From positions 49,017 to 113,016 of the forward strand of contig CAZIBG010000001.1 of the NCBI GenBank assembly GCA_964536985.1: DNA of 64,000 nt, written 5' to 3'. Source of the stretch: an uncultured Candidatus Saccharibacteria bacterium. Its GTDB lineage: Bacteria > Patescibacteriota > Saccharimonadia > Saccharimonadales > AWTP1-31. Below the pieces are notes generated by a model that saw only the letters and a program-made list of their open reading frames with translations, was not told the origin of the DNA and made no database searches. This document shows positions 46,218 through 54,107 of the stretch, piece after piece. A program made the translations under genes and the position numbers. Each line of letters opens with the position of its first letter. Positions within the stretch are counted from its first letter, which is position 1.

Positions 46218-46976
46218 CTATCGTATTGCTTTATCGCCCCACTCCGAAAATGTCAGCACTATTATAGTTACCGCAAATATAACAAACACAATCTGCCTCC
46301 GAAGAACAACCGAAGATCGGTCAGATTTCTCCAGGTAGTAAATACCGCCCAAACCAAAGCCAATTACAGATAACAGCAGCGCCGGCTGAGCAACCGGGCC
46401 ATAGAAGAGTAGCCAATGTGCCAATATCCACGTCAATGCACTAGCAAAATATGCCCACACCGCAGATAGGTATCGGCTGTACGATTCTTCGAAGCTTGCA
46501 AAGAAGTGCCTTGCTGCCATGTATGTTATTACCCATGCACTGATAAGCAGCACATACAATGAGGCGCTACCCCAAGAGATAAACAGCGCACATAGTCCCG
46601 CAGTCTGGGCAATAAGTGCCTGCAGCGACACGCCAAGCGCTCCTGATTGTGGCTTGAGGTACAGTAACCAGAATCCGTAAATGGCAGCCCACATAAGCTG
46701 GAGAGCACCATTGGATGAGTGAATCATAAATATTAGTACCGATAAGCCAACGATAATATCAACTGCGTTAGCCCTAATATTAGCCGGCCAGTGACGTGGC
46801 TTAACTGCAAACATACGCCACTTACTCAATACAATTAGTGCAATTCCGATTGGAAGCTGAGAGAATCTTAAACGCACCAGCACCAACAATAACACCGGTA
46901 GTAAGCACATCAATGCAATGTGGATGAAATGTGAAAAGCCAGCCTTAGGCTTAATTTTTGCAGGTATTTGTCTCAT
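46218..46976 (-). CDS. hypothetical polytopic membrane protein
   Basis: About 7 hydrophobic segments. TGATATAAT (46988-46996, reverse complement) lies 11 nt upstream of the ATG. Confidence 0.4.
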   Translation of the reverse strand: MRQIPAKIKPKAGFSHFIHIALMCLLPVLLLVLVRLRFSQLPIGIALIVLSKWRMFAVKPRHWPANIRANAVDIIVGLSVLIFMIHSSNGALQLMWAAIYGFWLLYLKPQSGALGVSLQALIAQTAGLCALFISWGSASLYVLLISAWVITYMAARHFFASFEESYSRYLSAVWAYFASALTWILAHWLLFYGPVAQPALLLSVIGFGLGGIYYLEKSDRSSVVLRRQIVFVIFAVTIIVLTFSEWGDKAIR

Positions 46977-47064
46977 GTCTTAGATTAATTATATCAAACC
47001 TGCTGAAATTATGCTGAACTGATAGTGCTTATGTATGTCACGTGCACAATAAGCTCGATTAACG

Positions 47065-47070
47065 TATAGT
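47065..47070 (+). promoter_or_regulatory. -10 box TATAGT, 8 nt upstream of lepB ATG
   Basis: tatagt then tataagtc then ATG; no SD. Confidence 0.35.
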
Positions 47071-47078
47071 TATAAGTC

Positions 47079-47777
47079 ATGGATAATACACCTCAAGAAG
47101 AACCAAAACCGATCGGACCTGTAATTGTTGACGCCACAGAAGCGACTGTCGTTGACAACGTAGTCGATCAAGATCAACAACAAACTGAGCAACGAACCAA
47201 AAAAGAAGGCATCAAAAGCATCATATCTACCATCGCCATTCTTATTATTGCCCCGCTTATCGCATTATGCCTGACAGCTTTTGTTTTTCAGTCCTACGAA
47301 GTTGATGGACCAAGTATGGAATCAACGCTGCAAAACCACGATCGACTGATTGTATATAAACTGCCCCGTACCATCGCAAAAATCACTCGAAACCAGTATC
47401 AACCAAAGCGGGGTGAAATAGTTATATTCACACGTAAAGATGGATTAGAATTTGGCAACTCCAAGCCACGTCAGCTCGTGAAGCGCGTCATAGCCGTCGC
47501 CGGTGAGCGAGTGGTAGTAAAAGACGGAATCGTAACTGTATATAATAAAGAAAAACCTGAGGGCTTCAGTCCTGATCAAATAGCAGAATACGGTAAAGTA
47601 ATTGGCCAAACAGACGGAATCGTCGATCTTGTGGTCCCCGAAGGAACTGTATTTGTGTGCGGAGATAACCGGCCAGAGTCACTTGACTCCCGTGCCTTTG
47701 GGCCGGTTAACCTTGATGATCTCGTCGGCAGATTGTCGCTCAGAGTATACCCTTTTAACAAGGGTCAAAGCTTCTAG
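47079..47777 (+). CDS. lepB: signal peptidase I
   Basis: GPSMESTL (Ser box), KRVIAVAGERV (Lys box), GDNRPESLDSR. Confidence 0.85.
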   Translation: MDNTPQEEPKPIGPVIVDATEATVVDNVVDQDQQQTEQRTKKEGIKSIISTIAILIIAPLIALCLTAFVFQSYEVDGPSMESTLQNHDRLIVYKLPRTIAKITRNQYQPKRGEIVIFTRKDGLEFGNSKPRQLVKRVIAVAGERVVVKDGIVTVYNKEKPEGFSPDQIAEYGKVIGQTDGIVDLVVPEGTVFVCGDNRPESLDSRAFGPVNLDDLVGRLSLRVYPFNKGQSF

Positions 47778-47779
47778 AA

Positions 47780-48649
47780 CTACGACTTGATCGACGCCAA
47801 TAGTGCAGTTATTCGTTCAAACTCAGCGTCATCCTTAAACCCAATCTCGAGTTTTCCGCCCTTCGCCATCCGACGAATGGTAACAGCCGTATCCAAAACT
47901 TTTGATAGCTTTACTGTCTGAGGAGAAGTACTTGCCACTTTCTTCTTTGCAGTTACTACCGTGTTAGCACCTTGTTTTTGGGCAGTTACGTATCGTTCGG
48001 CCTGTCGAACCGACCAACCATTGTTCATGATCAAGTTTAGTAGCTGAACCTGCGCCTTCTCTTCCTTGATAGCCAGTATCGTACGCGCGTGCCCTTCGGT
48101 AATTTGCTTATCGCGAAGTGCTTGTTTAACAACTTCCGGCAACTGCATAAGTCGACCGGTATTCTGGACTGTGGTTGGCGCCTTGCCCAAACGTTTACCG
48201 ATTTCTTTGTAATCTAGACTGAACTGGTCATGTAGGTATTCGATAGAGGCGGCCTGTTCAAGCGGTGATAAATTGACGCGCTGTACGTTTTCTACCAAGG
48301 CCAGTTCTAGACGTTGGAGTTGCTTGGTCGTCCGGATAACTGCCGGTACTTTTTTAAGTCCGGCCTTCTTTGCCGCACGCCAGCGACGCTCGCCGGCGAT
48401 AATATAATATGACTTGCCGTTGGGAGTAATTACTAGCGGCTGCAAAATTCCGTGTTGCTTAATGGAGTTCGATAACCCTTCTAGCTCTTTCTCATCAAAA
48501 AACAAACGGGGCTGCTCTGGATTAGCCTGCAATAAATCAACTTCAACCGACGTGATTGCTTCGCCCTCAACTTTTGTCTGTAAAATAGCAGAGTCAAAAT
48601 TCTGCGGTATAAGTGAGTCAAAGCCTCTTCCAAGTTTATTTGTCGACAT
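47780..48649 (-). CDS. parB: chromosome partitioning protein ParB
   Basis: IIAGERRWRAAKKAG box, HTH region and C-terminal dimerisation part. Confidence 0.85.
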   Translation of the reverse strand: MSTNKLGRGFDSLIPQNFDSAILQTKVEGEAITSVEVDLLQANPEQPRLFFDEKELEGLSNSIKQHGILQPLVITPNGKSYYIIAGERRWRAAKKAGLKKVPAVIRTTKQLQRLELALVENVQRVNLSPLEQAASIEYLHDQFSLDYKEIGKRLGKAPTTVQNTGRLMQLPEVVKQALRDKQITEGHARTILAIKEEKAQVQLLNLIMNNGWSVRQAERYVTAQKQGANTVVTAKKKVASTSPQTVKLSKVLDTAVTIRRMAKGGKLEIGFKDDAEFERITALLASIKS

Positions 48650-49397
48650 GTGTAACCACCTCTTTAGCTAAGTTTTTATACGCTCGTGCACCCTTGGACC
48701 ACTTATCGTGTTCAAGGATAGATCTACCAAAACTTGGAGCTTCGGCAAGACGGACGTTTCGCGGAATAATAGTATGCATTAACTTGTCGCCCAAATGTTT
48801 TTTGAGCTCCTGAACAACTTGCTCAGATAACGCTGTGCGGCTGTCATACATAGTCACAACCACACCCAACAATTGCAGATCTTTATTAAGTCCAGAACGT
48901 ACTCGTTGAATAATTTCGAGTAATTGACTGAGTCCTTCCAGCGCATAATATTCAGCCTGAACCGGAACCAAAACAAAGTCGGCTGCAGTTAGTGCGTTAA
49001 TGCTTAGTAAGCCAAGTGATGGCGGACAGTCAATTAATACTAAATCGTAGTCGAGCATTTGTAATGCTTTTTTCAACCTATACTCACGTTCCGTTTCCGC
49101 CGCCAAATCAACTTCCGCTGCAGCAAGCTGCGCATTGGCCGGCAAAATAGAAACATTGGTGATCGCCGTTTCTTTAATGGTTGCTTCGGGCGAGTCGGCA
49201 CTAAATAAAATATCGTACGTCGTGCTTTCAAGATTATGCTTATCAACACCAATGCCACTGGTAGCATTTCCTTGCGGATCCAGATCCACAATTAAAACGC
49301 TCTTCCCCTGTTTGGCCAGGTAAGCAGCAAGGTTAATGGTTGAGGTGGTCTTTCCCACACCACCTTTTTGGTTCAACACCGCAATAACTCTTTTCAT
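48636..49397 (-). CDS. parA: chromosome partitioning ATPase ParA/Soj
   Basis: Deviant Walker A NQKGGVGKTT; overlaps parB by 14 nt; SD GGTAGGAG. Confidence 0.9.
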   Translation of the reverse strand: MKRVIAVLNQKGGVGKTTSTINLAAYLAKQGKSVLIVDLDPQGNATSGIGVDKHNLESTTYDILFSADSPEATIKETAITNVSILPANAQLAAAEVDLAAETEREYRLKKALQMLDYDLVLIDCPPSLGLLSINALTAADFVLVPVQAEYYALEGLSQLLEIIQRVRSGLNKDLQLLGVVVTMYDSRTALSEQVVQELKKHLGDKLMHTIIPRNVRLAEAPSFGRSILEHDKWSKGARAYKNLAKEVVTHVDK

Positions 49398-49593
49398 CTC
49401 CTACCATTTAACCATAAGCCCGTGCCTTTCGCCACTGGTAAAGACGGTGATTCGCGTATTGTGCGACGCACTATTAGCCCTGCGCCGACGCATACTAAGT
49501 CGGTTTTTAAAATCACCCCAAAGAACATCAGGCGATACCGTGTTAATGACTAGCCCTATAATGCTAGTTCAATAGTGCTTATGCTTTAAATAC

Positions 49594-49617
49594 AAAAAGA
49601 GCCCTCTGTGGGGCTCT
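49594..49617 (-). terminator. intrinsic terminator after rplU
   Basis: Minus strand reads AGAGCCC-cacaga-GGGCTCT followed by TTTTGTATTT. Confidence 0.65.
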
Positions 49618-49636
49618 CTCTGTTATTCGAATTAAC

Positions 49637-49945
49637 CTAGGCTATCTTAGTAATAGTAATCTGGGCGCTTCGTTGTCGGTGACCACGTACCTTGCGGACA
49701 CGCTTCTTCGCTTTGTAGCGAATTGATAGGACCTTATCTCCAACGACTTGTTCTTCTGCGACAGTAGCAGTAACTTTGGCTCCAGATACTTCTGGAGTGC
49801 CAACCTTGATGTCTTTGTCATTAATGACCATCAGAGGTACAAAAGTTACAGACTTTTCGTCACCAAGAAGTTCAACGTTAAGGACTTGTCCTTCTTCGAC
49901 TAGATATTGCTTACCGCCGGTAGCGATGACTGCTTTTTTGCTCAT
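49637..49945 (-). CDS. rplU: 50S ribosomal protein L21
   Basis: AVIATGGKQYLVEEGQVLNVE...YKAKKRVRKVRGHRQ. Confidence 0.9.
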   Translation of the reverse strand: MSKKAVIATGGKQYLVEEGQVLNVELLGDEKSVTFVPLMVINDKDIKVGTPEVSGAKVTATVAEEQVVGDKVLSIRYKAKKRVRKVRGHRQRSAQITITKIA

Positions 49946-49976
49946 GTTATCTTTCTTAGAAAAGTTATACCAATAG

Positions 49977-50005
49977 ATCTTAACAGATTGAGAGCACCGT
50001 GTAAA
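49977..50005 (-). promoter_or_regulatory. rplU promoter TTTACA-17-TAAGAT
   Basis: Reverse complement of 50000-50005 is TTTACA and of 49977-49982 is TAAGAT. The spacer ends in CTCAATCTGT, as in the rpsB promoter. Confidence 0.45.
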
Positions 50006-50011
50006 GGGTGT

Positions 50012-53002
50012 TTAAGCCTTCTCAAGGCTAACGCACAACTCATGTCCCTCGACTTTGACCACCTCACTATAGGCATATTCCTTGGTACCGGTAGTAAGCG
50101 AAGTAGCTAACGTCTCGGCCGTAATGTCGTCCTTGAACGCTTCTACGGCCTCAAGAATAGCTTCCACGGATGACCCTAGATCAAGATTGATGCGATCATC
50201 AACATCAAGTCCTGCCTGCTTACGGGCATTCTGTACCTGACGCACGATCTCGCGCATCAACCCCTCTTGTTTCAATTCCGGAGTCAACTCCAGGTCCAAC
50301 TCGACTTTTATGTCGAGCGGGTTATAGCCAGTTTTGCCCTTTTCGATAACCTCACTAAAACTATCACTCGCCTCAACTTTGTATTTCGGAACAAACTCCA
50401 CACTCTTAACATTGAGTTCTTCAGCAATTATATCCGTAAGGTTATCCTGGTCAGACAAGCCAAAGACCTTCACACTCGAAAGAGGCTGACGAACTTTAAC
50501 CCCTGCCTCAGCACGCTTACTTAAGCCCTGATTTATAGCTTCGCGCACTTTAGCCATACTAGCCAGCGCCAACTCGTTGATATGACCGACTTTTGGCCAA
50601 TCGAGCAAGTGAACGGAATCGCCGCCTGTAAGCTTTTGGTGGAGCTCTTCGGCAAGGAATGGCGTAAATGGTGCCAGGATCATCGAAAGTTGCGTCAGCA
50701 CGTAGTGAAGCGTGCGATAGGCATCATCCTTATCCTGATTGTCTCCGCTCTTCCAGAAACGACGTCGGCTTCGGCGAACATACCAGTTGCTGGCGTCATC
50801 TATGAACGGCAATATCGGCTTCATAGCATTTGGTAAATCGTAACCATCCATATGCTTTTCAACCTCGGCGGTCAACTCATGAACACGACTTACAATCCAG
50901 GTGTCGAGTGGATTCCTGCAGAGTTCAGTTGGATCCTCATGTCTTTCATCCCACTCCCAACCATCTACTTCGGCATACATCGTAAAGAAATCGTACATAT
51001 TCCAGATCATAGACAGCTTACGAGCAACGTCACCAACTTCTTTGTCTTGAAGGGTAAAGTCTTCTCCGTTCAGTAGTGGGCTTGAGGCAAGTAAATATCG
51101 GAGGCTATCTGCAGAGAACTTATCCATCAGCTCGTTTGGATCAGTATAGTTACCGTAACTCTTGCTCATCTTACGTCCATCGCTACCAGCAACATTTCCT
51201 GTAACGATAACGTTCTTAAAGGAATTCTTTCCAAAGAGTGCGACGCTCATTGAGTGCATATAGTAGAACCAAGCACGGACTTGGCCGATGTATTCGACGA
51301 TGAAATCGCCAGGGAAATTAGCTTCGAACTTCTCTTTATTCTCGAATGGATAATGGAACTGTGCAAACGGCATACTGCCCGCTTCGAACCAACTATCCAT
51401 AACCTTGTCTATTCGCTGATACGTAACTCCGTCGATCTCGAAAGTGATGTCATCAACCCACGGTCGATGATAATCATTAAGCTCTTTGCCGGATAATTCC
51501 TTGAGCTCAGCATAGCTACCTACAACTTTGACGTGTTCAATACCGTCTTTGTCCGTTCCCTTCCAGACAGGCATTGCAGTTGCCCAGAAACGATCACGGG
51601 AAATGTTCCAATCAGGCGCTTGCTCTACAGTTTTGGCAAATCGACCCTTCTTAACATGGCTCGGGAACCACTCGATATTACCGTTCTCCTCAAGCATTGT
51701 TTCGCGTTGCGAAGCGATATCCATGAACCAGCTTGGGTGCGCCCGATACATAAGCCGAGTACCACAACGATGGCAGTGAGGATAACTGTGTCGGTAATAT
51801 TCGATCTTCCAAACAATTCCCCGCTCTTTCAGCTCTTTAGCGATTGGCTTATTAACTTCCCAGACGTTCTGCCCTAACCAGTCACCCTCGGTGTAGTCAC
51901 CGTTTGCGTCTAGGACATGGACAACAGGGATCTTCTTTTCCTGGGCCAATGCAAAATCTTCTTCGCCGTATGCTGGTGCCAGATGCACAATGCCCGTACC
52001 GCTTTCCGTAGTCACATAGTCAGCATCCCATATCTGATGAGCATTTTCACCGCGATCCTCAAAAAGTGGCACGTATGTTAGGCCTACTAAGTGCCTACCC
52101 TCAAGTGCACCCATTACTTCGGTTTTAAGCGGTTGATGTTTTTCGTCTGTAAATACTTTTGGCACTAGATCCTCTGCCACTACAAAGATCTGATCATCAC
52201 ACTTTACTACGAGATAAAGTAATTCATTGTTTACTGCTACTGCAGTGTTTGCAGGTAATGTCCATGGAGTGGTAGTCCAGGCAAGTAGATTCAAAGTTGA
52301 TTCGGCTGGGATCTTAAGTCCAGATCGCTCTTCAAGCTCTTTTTGTGACTCTTCATTTAGAGCAAAATTAACGTAAACACTTGGGTCGGTAACATCCTGA
52401 TAGGCGCCAGCATCCATGGTAACTTCTGCCTTACTAAGAGGAGTGGCGTCGAGCGTACAATACATAAGTACCTTTTCGCCTTCGTAGATTTTGCCTTTTT
52501 CATATAATTCTTTGAACGCCCACCAGACAGACTCCATGTAATCTTTGTCCATGGTTTTGTAGGCACCCTTAAAGTCCACCCAGCGACCGATACGATCTAC
52601 AGTATCTTCCCATTCACTACTGGTCTGAACCATGTTCTCTCGGCAAGCCACGATATACTTCTCTATTCCATATTCTAAAACCTCTTCGCGGCTATGGATT
52701 CCGAGCTTCTTCTCAGTAAATCGTTCGGCTGGCAGTCCGTGACAATCCCAACCCCAGACTCGTTCAACTCGCTTGCCTTTCATAGTCTGATAACGCGGCA
52801 CCACATCCTTAATGATTGAGCTCAGCAAAGTTCCGTGATGGGGAGAGCCACTAATGAATGGAGGGCCGTCGTAGAAAACATAGGCATTGCTTTTAGGTCG
52901 GTTCTCGACCGACTTCTCAAATGTCTTGTTCTTCTTCCATTGTTCGACGAGATCCTTCTCGTACTCTAGTGCTCGCCGCCGCGTTCCTGCTTTAAACTTC
53001 AT
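50012..53002 (-). CDS. ileS: isoleucine--tRNA ligase (long, type-2-like)
   Basis: HIGH-type box PHHGTLL, KMSKS, CP1 editing insert; 996 aa with no C-terminal Zn-finger cysteines. Confidence 0.95.
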   Translation of the reverse strand: MKFKAGTRRRALEYEKDLVEQWKKNKTFEKSVENRPKSNAYVFYDGPPFISGSPHHGTLLSSIIKDVVPRYQTMKGKRVERVWGWDCHGLPAERFTEKKLGIHSREEVLEYGIEKYIVACRENMVQTSSEWEDTVDRIGRWVDFKGAYKTMDKDYMESVWWAFKELYEKGKIYEGEKVLMYCTLDATPLSKAEVTMDAGAYQDVTDPSVYVNFALNEESQKELEERSGLKIPAESTLNLLAWTTTPWTLPANTAVAVNNELLYLVVKCDDQIFVVAEDLVPKVFTDEKHQPLKTEVMGALEGRHLVGLTYVPLFEDRGENAHQIWDADYVTTESGTGIVHLAPAYGEEDFALAQEKKIPVVHVLDANGDYTEGDWLGQNVWEVNKPIAKELKERGIVWKIEYYRHSYPHCHRCGTRLMYRAHPSWFMDIASQRETMLEENGNIEWFPSHVKKGRFAKTVEQAPDWNISRDRFWATAMPVWKGTDKDGIEHVKVVGSYAELKELSGKELNDYHRPWVDDITFEIDGVTYQRIDKVMDSWFEAGSMPFAQFHYPFENKEKFEANFPGDFIVEYIGQVRAWFYYMHSMSVALFGKNSFKNVIVTGNVAGSDGRKMSKSYGNYTDPNELMDKFSADSLRYLLASSPLLNGEDFTLQDKEVGDVARKLSMIWNMYDFFTMYAEVDGWEWDERHEDPTELCRNPLDTWIVSRVHELTAEVEKHMDGYDLPNAMKPILPFIDDASNWYVRRSRRRFWKSGDNQDKDDAYRTLHYVLTQLSMILAPFTPFLAEELHQKLTGGDSVHLLDWPKVGHINELALASMAKVREAINQGLSKRAEAGVKVRQPLSSVKVFGLSDQDNLTDIIAEELNVKSVEFVPKYKVEASDSFSEVIEKGKTGYNPLDIKVELDLELTPELKQEGLMREIVRQVQNARKQAGLDVDDRINLDLGSSVEAILEAVEAFKDDITAETLATSLTTGTKEYAYSEVVKVEGHELCVSLEKA

Positions 53003-53543
53003 GTTGTACTCCTGGCTTTACCATCTCTATTTCCATTAGCCCACCGCCAAAATCATGTTCAGTTCCTGGTTGCAGCTCAAAACCCAACTTCTCGTAAAAA
53101 TGTATTGCTCGCCCATTATTTACTGCCACGCCCAATAACGTATCACGGCCTGGATCAAGCCAGCCTTGTAGATCTTCGCCCAGTGCTGTTGCCACGCCGG
53201 ACCCCTGGAAGGATTTATCTAGGTAGAAGGCATGGAGCCGCTGCTCTTCCTGAGTCTTTGAGCCCGCCACAAACCCAACAGCCTTACCACTGCCGTCACG
53301 TGCGACCATGTAGTACCTATGTTCTGGGTCTTCAAGTGCAGCGGCGATATGTGACTTGTACCGCTCAATACCCTCCGGCGATTCTTTCGCTGCGGCATGT
53401 TCCTCCACCCATTCATCAGTGATACCCGGCTGTATACCAGGATACGTATCTCTCCAGCTTTGAGCGTGCATATGCGCCAAGTCTTCAGCGTCCTCTAGTT
53501 TTGGTCCGTCGATTGTCCATTGTTGTGGTGGCATTTCAGTCAT
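52992..53543 (-). CDS. GNAT family N-acetyltransferase
   Basis: Acetyl-CoA box FQGSGVATALGEDL; SD AAGGAG; 3' end overlaps the ileS start by 11 nt. Confidence 0.8.
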   Translation of the reverse strand: MTEMPPQQWTIDGPKLEDAEDLAHMHAQSWRDTYPGIQPGITDEWVEEHAAAKESPEGIERYKSHIAAALEDPEHRYYMVARDGSGKAVGFVAGSKTQEEQRLHAFYLDKSFQGSGVATALGEDLQGWLDPGRDTLLGVAVNNGRAIHFYEKLGFELQPGTEHDFGGGLMEIEMVKPGVQHEV

Positions 53544-53766
53544 CTTTTCTCCTTACGTTTTCTATAAAATAGAAAAATCCCTTTTTAGACACTGGAATCC
53601 GCGTGAGCGGACGGTACCATCCAGTTTCTAAAAAGGAATTCTTTTTAGCTCTTATTTATCGCTATTACGGGCTGCCCGGTCGGTTCTACTTGGAATTTCT
53701 CCCGTTCTATCGACTGCCTTCGTGGTTGATAGCCACTCATCTACTTAACGCAGAATGCATTTGTAA
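53544..53766 (-). promoter_or_regulatory. T-box riboswitch leader (tRNA-sensing), probable Ile specificity
   Basis: Minus strand has GAUGAG; hairpin GUGG[CUAUCAA]CCAC (53722-53736); a Stem-III-like hairpin (53628-53648); and discriminator ACUGGA[UGGUACC]GUCCGC-UCAC-GCGGAU-UCCAGU (53591-53625), followed by a U-rich tract and the SD. Confidence 0.75.
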
Positions 53767-53771
53767 TTTTT

Positions 53772-53800
53772 ACTATACCCCAATTAACACCTTATCTCAA
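53772..53800 (-). promoter_or_regulatory. promoter of the T-box leader, TTGAGA-17-TATAGT
   Basis: Reverse complement of 53795-53800 is TTGAGA and of 53772-53777 is TATAGT; exact 17-nt spacer. Confidence 0.55.
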
Positions 53801-53808
53801 GCGTAATA

Positions 53809-54075
53809 CTAATGGTCTTGTGTGTAGTAGGAGATCTCATTCATAAGTGGGAGTACCGGACCCTGCCACAAACGTAGCATCTGTCCGGCATTGTCGAGCG
53901 CCAGGATTGCCGGATATTGGGTGATGTCGTACATGGTGGCCGTTGCTGCACCATCCCTGGATTCCAGGCTGATCAGCTCTATTCTGTGGCCCGTTTGCAT
54001 CGAGAAATCACGAGCAAATCCTTCCACATTTGTGGCATGGTCCGACTTGGGATGGTAAAGGATAACCGCTTTCAT
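53809..54075 (-). CDS. small hypothetical protein, possibly thioredoxin-like fold without CxxC
   Basis: 88 aa with an alternating beta/alpha pattern (KAVILYHP...YPAILALDNAGQMLRLWQG). Weak, pattern-level only. Confidence 0.3.
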   Translation of the reverse strand: MKAVILYHPKSDHATNVEGFARDFSMQTGHRIELISLESRDGAATATMYDITQYPAILALDNAGQMLRLWQGPVLPLMNEISYYTQDH

Positions 54076-54107
54076 TTCCTACAGTTTAGCATACGTAATC
54101 GCATCTG

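Noticed and set aside
49398-49593. SRP RNA or 6S RNA in the parA upstream region
   Set aside because: The UUUACCAG stretch resembles part of 4.5S RNA. However, the conserved GGAA tetraloop / AGCAGC helix-8 motif is absent, and there is no 6S-like long bulged hairpin.
47780-49636. Replication origin or canonical parS site near parAB
   Set aside because: I could find no TGTTTCACGTGAAACA-like parS and no TTATCCACA-type DnaA boxes by eye. There is no dnaA/dnaN and no strand-bias switch in the window.
53715-53721. GAA-GGC-A on the minus strand, which looks like a canonical specifier context for a glycine (GGC) T-box
   Set aside because: The discriminator bulge is UGGU, predicting A73, whereas bacterial tRNA-Gly has U73 and would need UGGA. 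The regulated synthetase is IleRS. AUC followed by A is available in the adjacent hairpin loop. I keep this only as an alternative to test.
53603-53806. 67-aa plus-strand ORF (GTG start) filling the gap between the GNAT and Trx-like genes
   Set aside because: It lies entirely inside the T-box leader and its promoter. It has no SD and an odd aromatic-rich composition. The conserved RNA motifs explain the region better.
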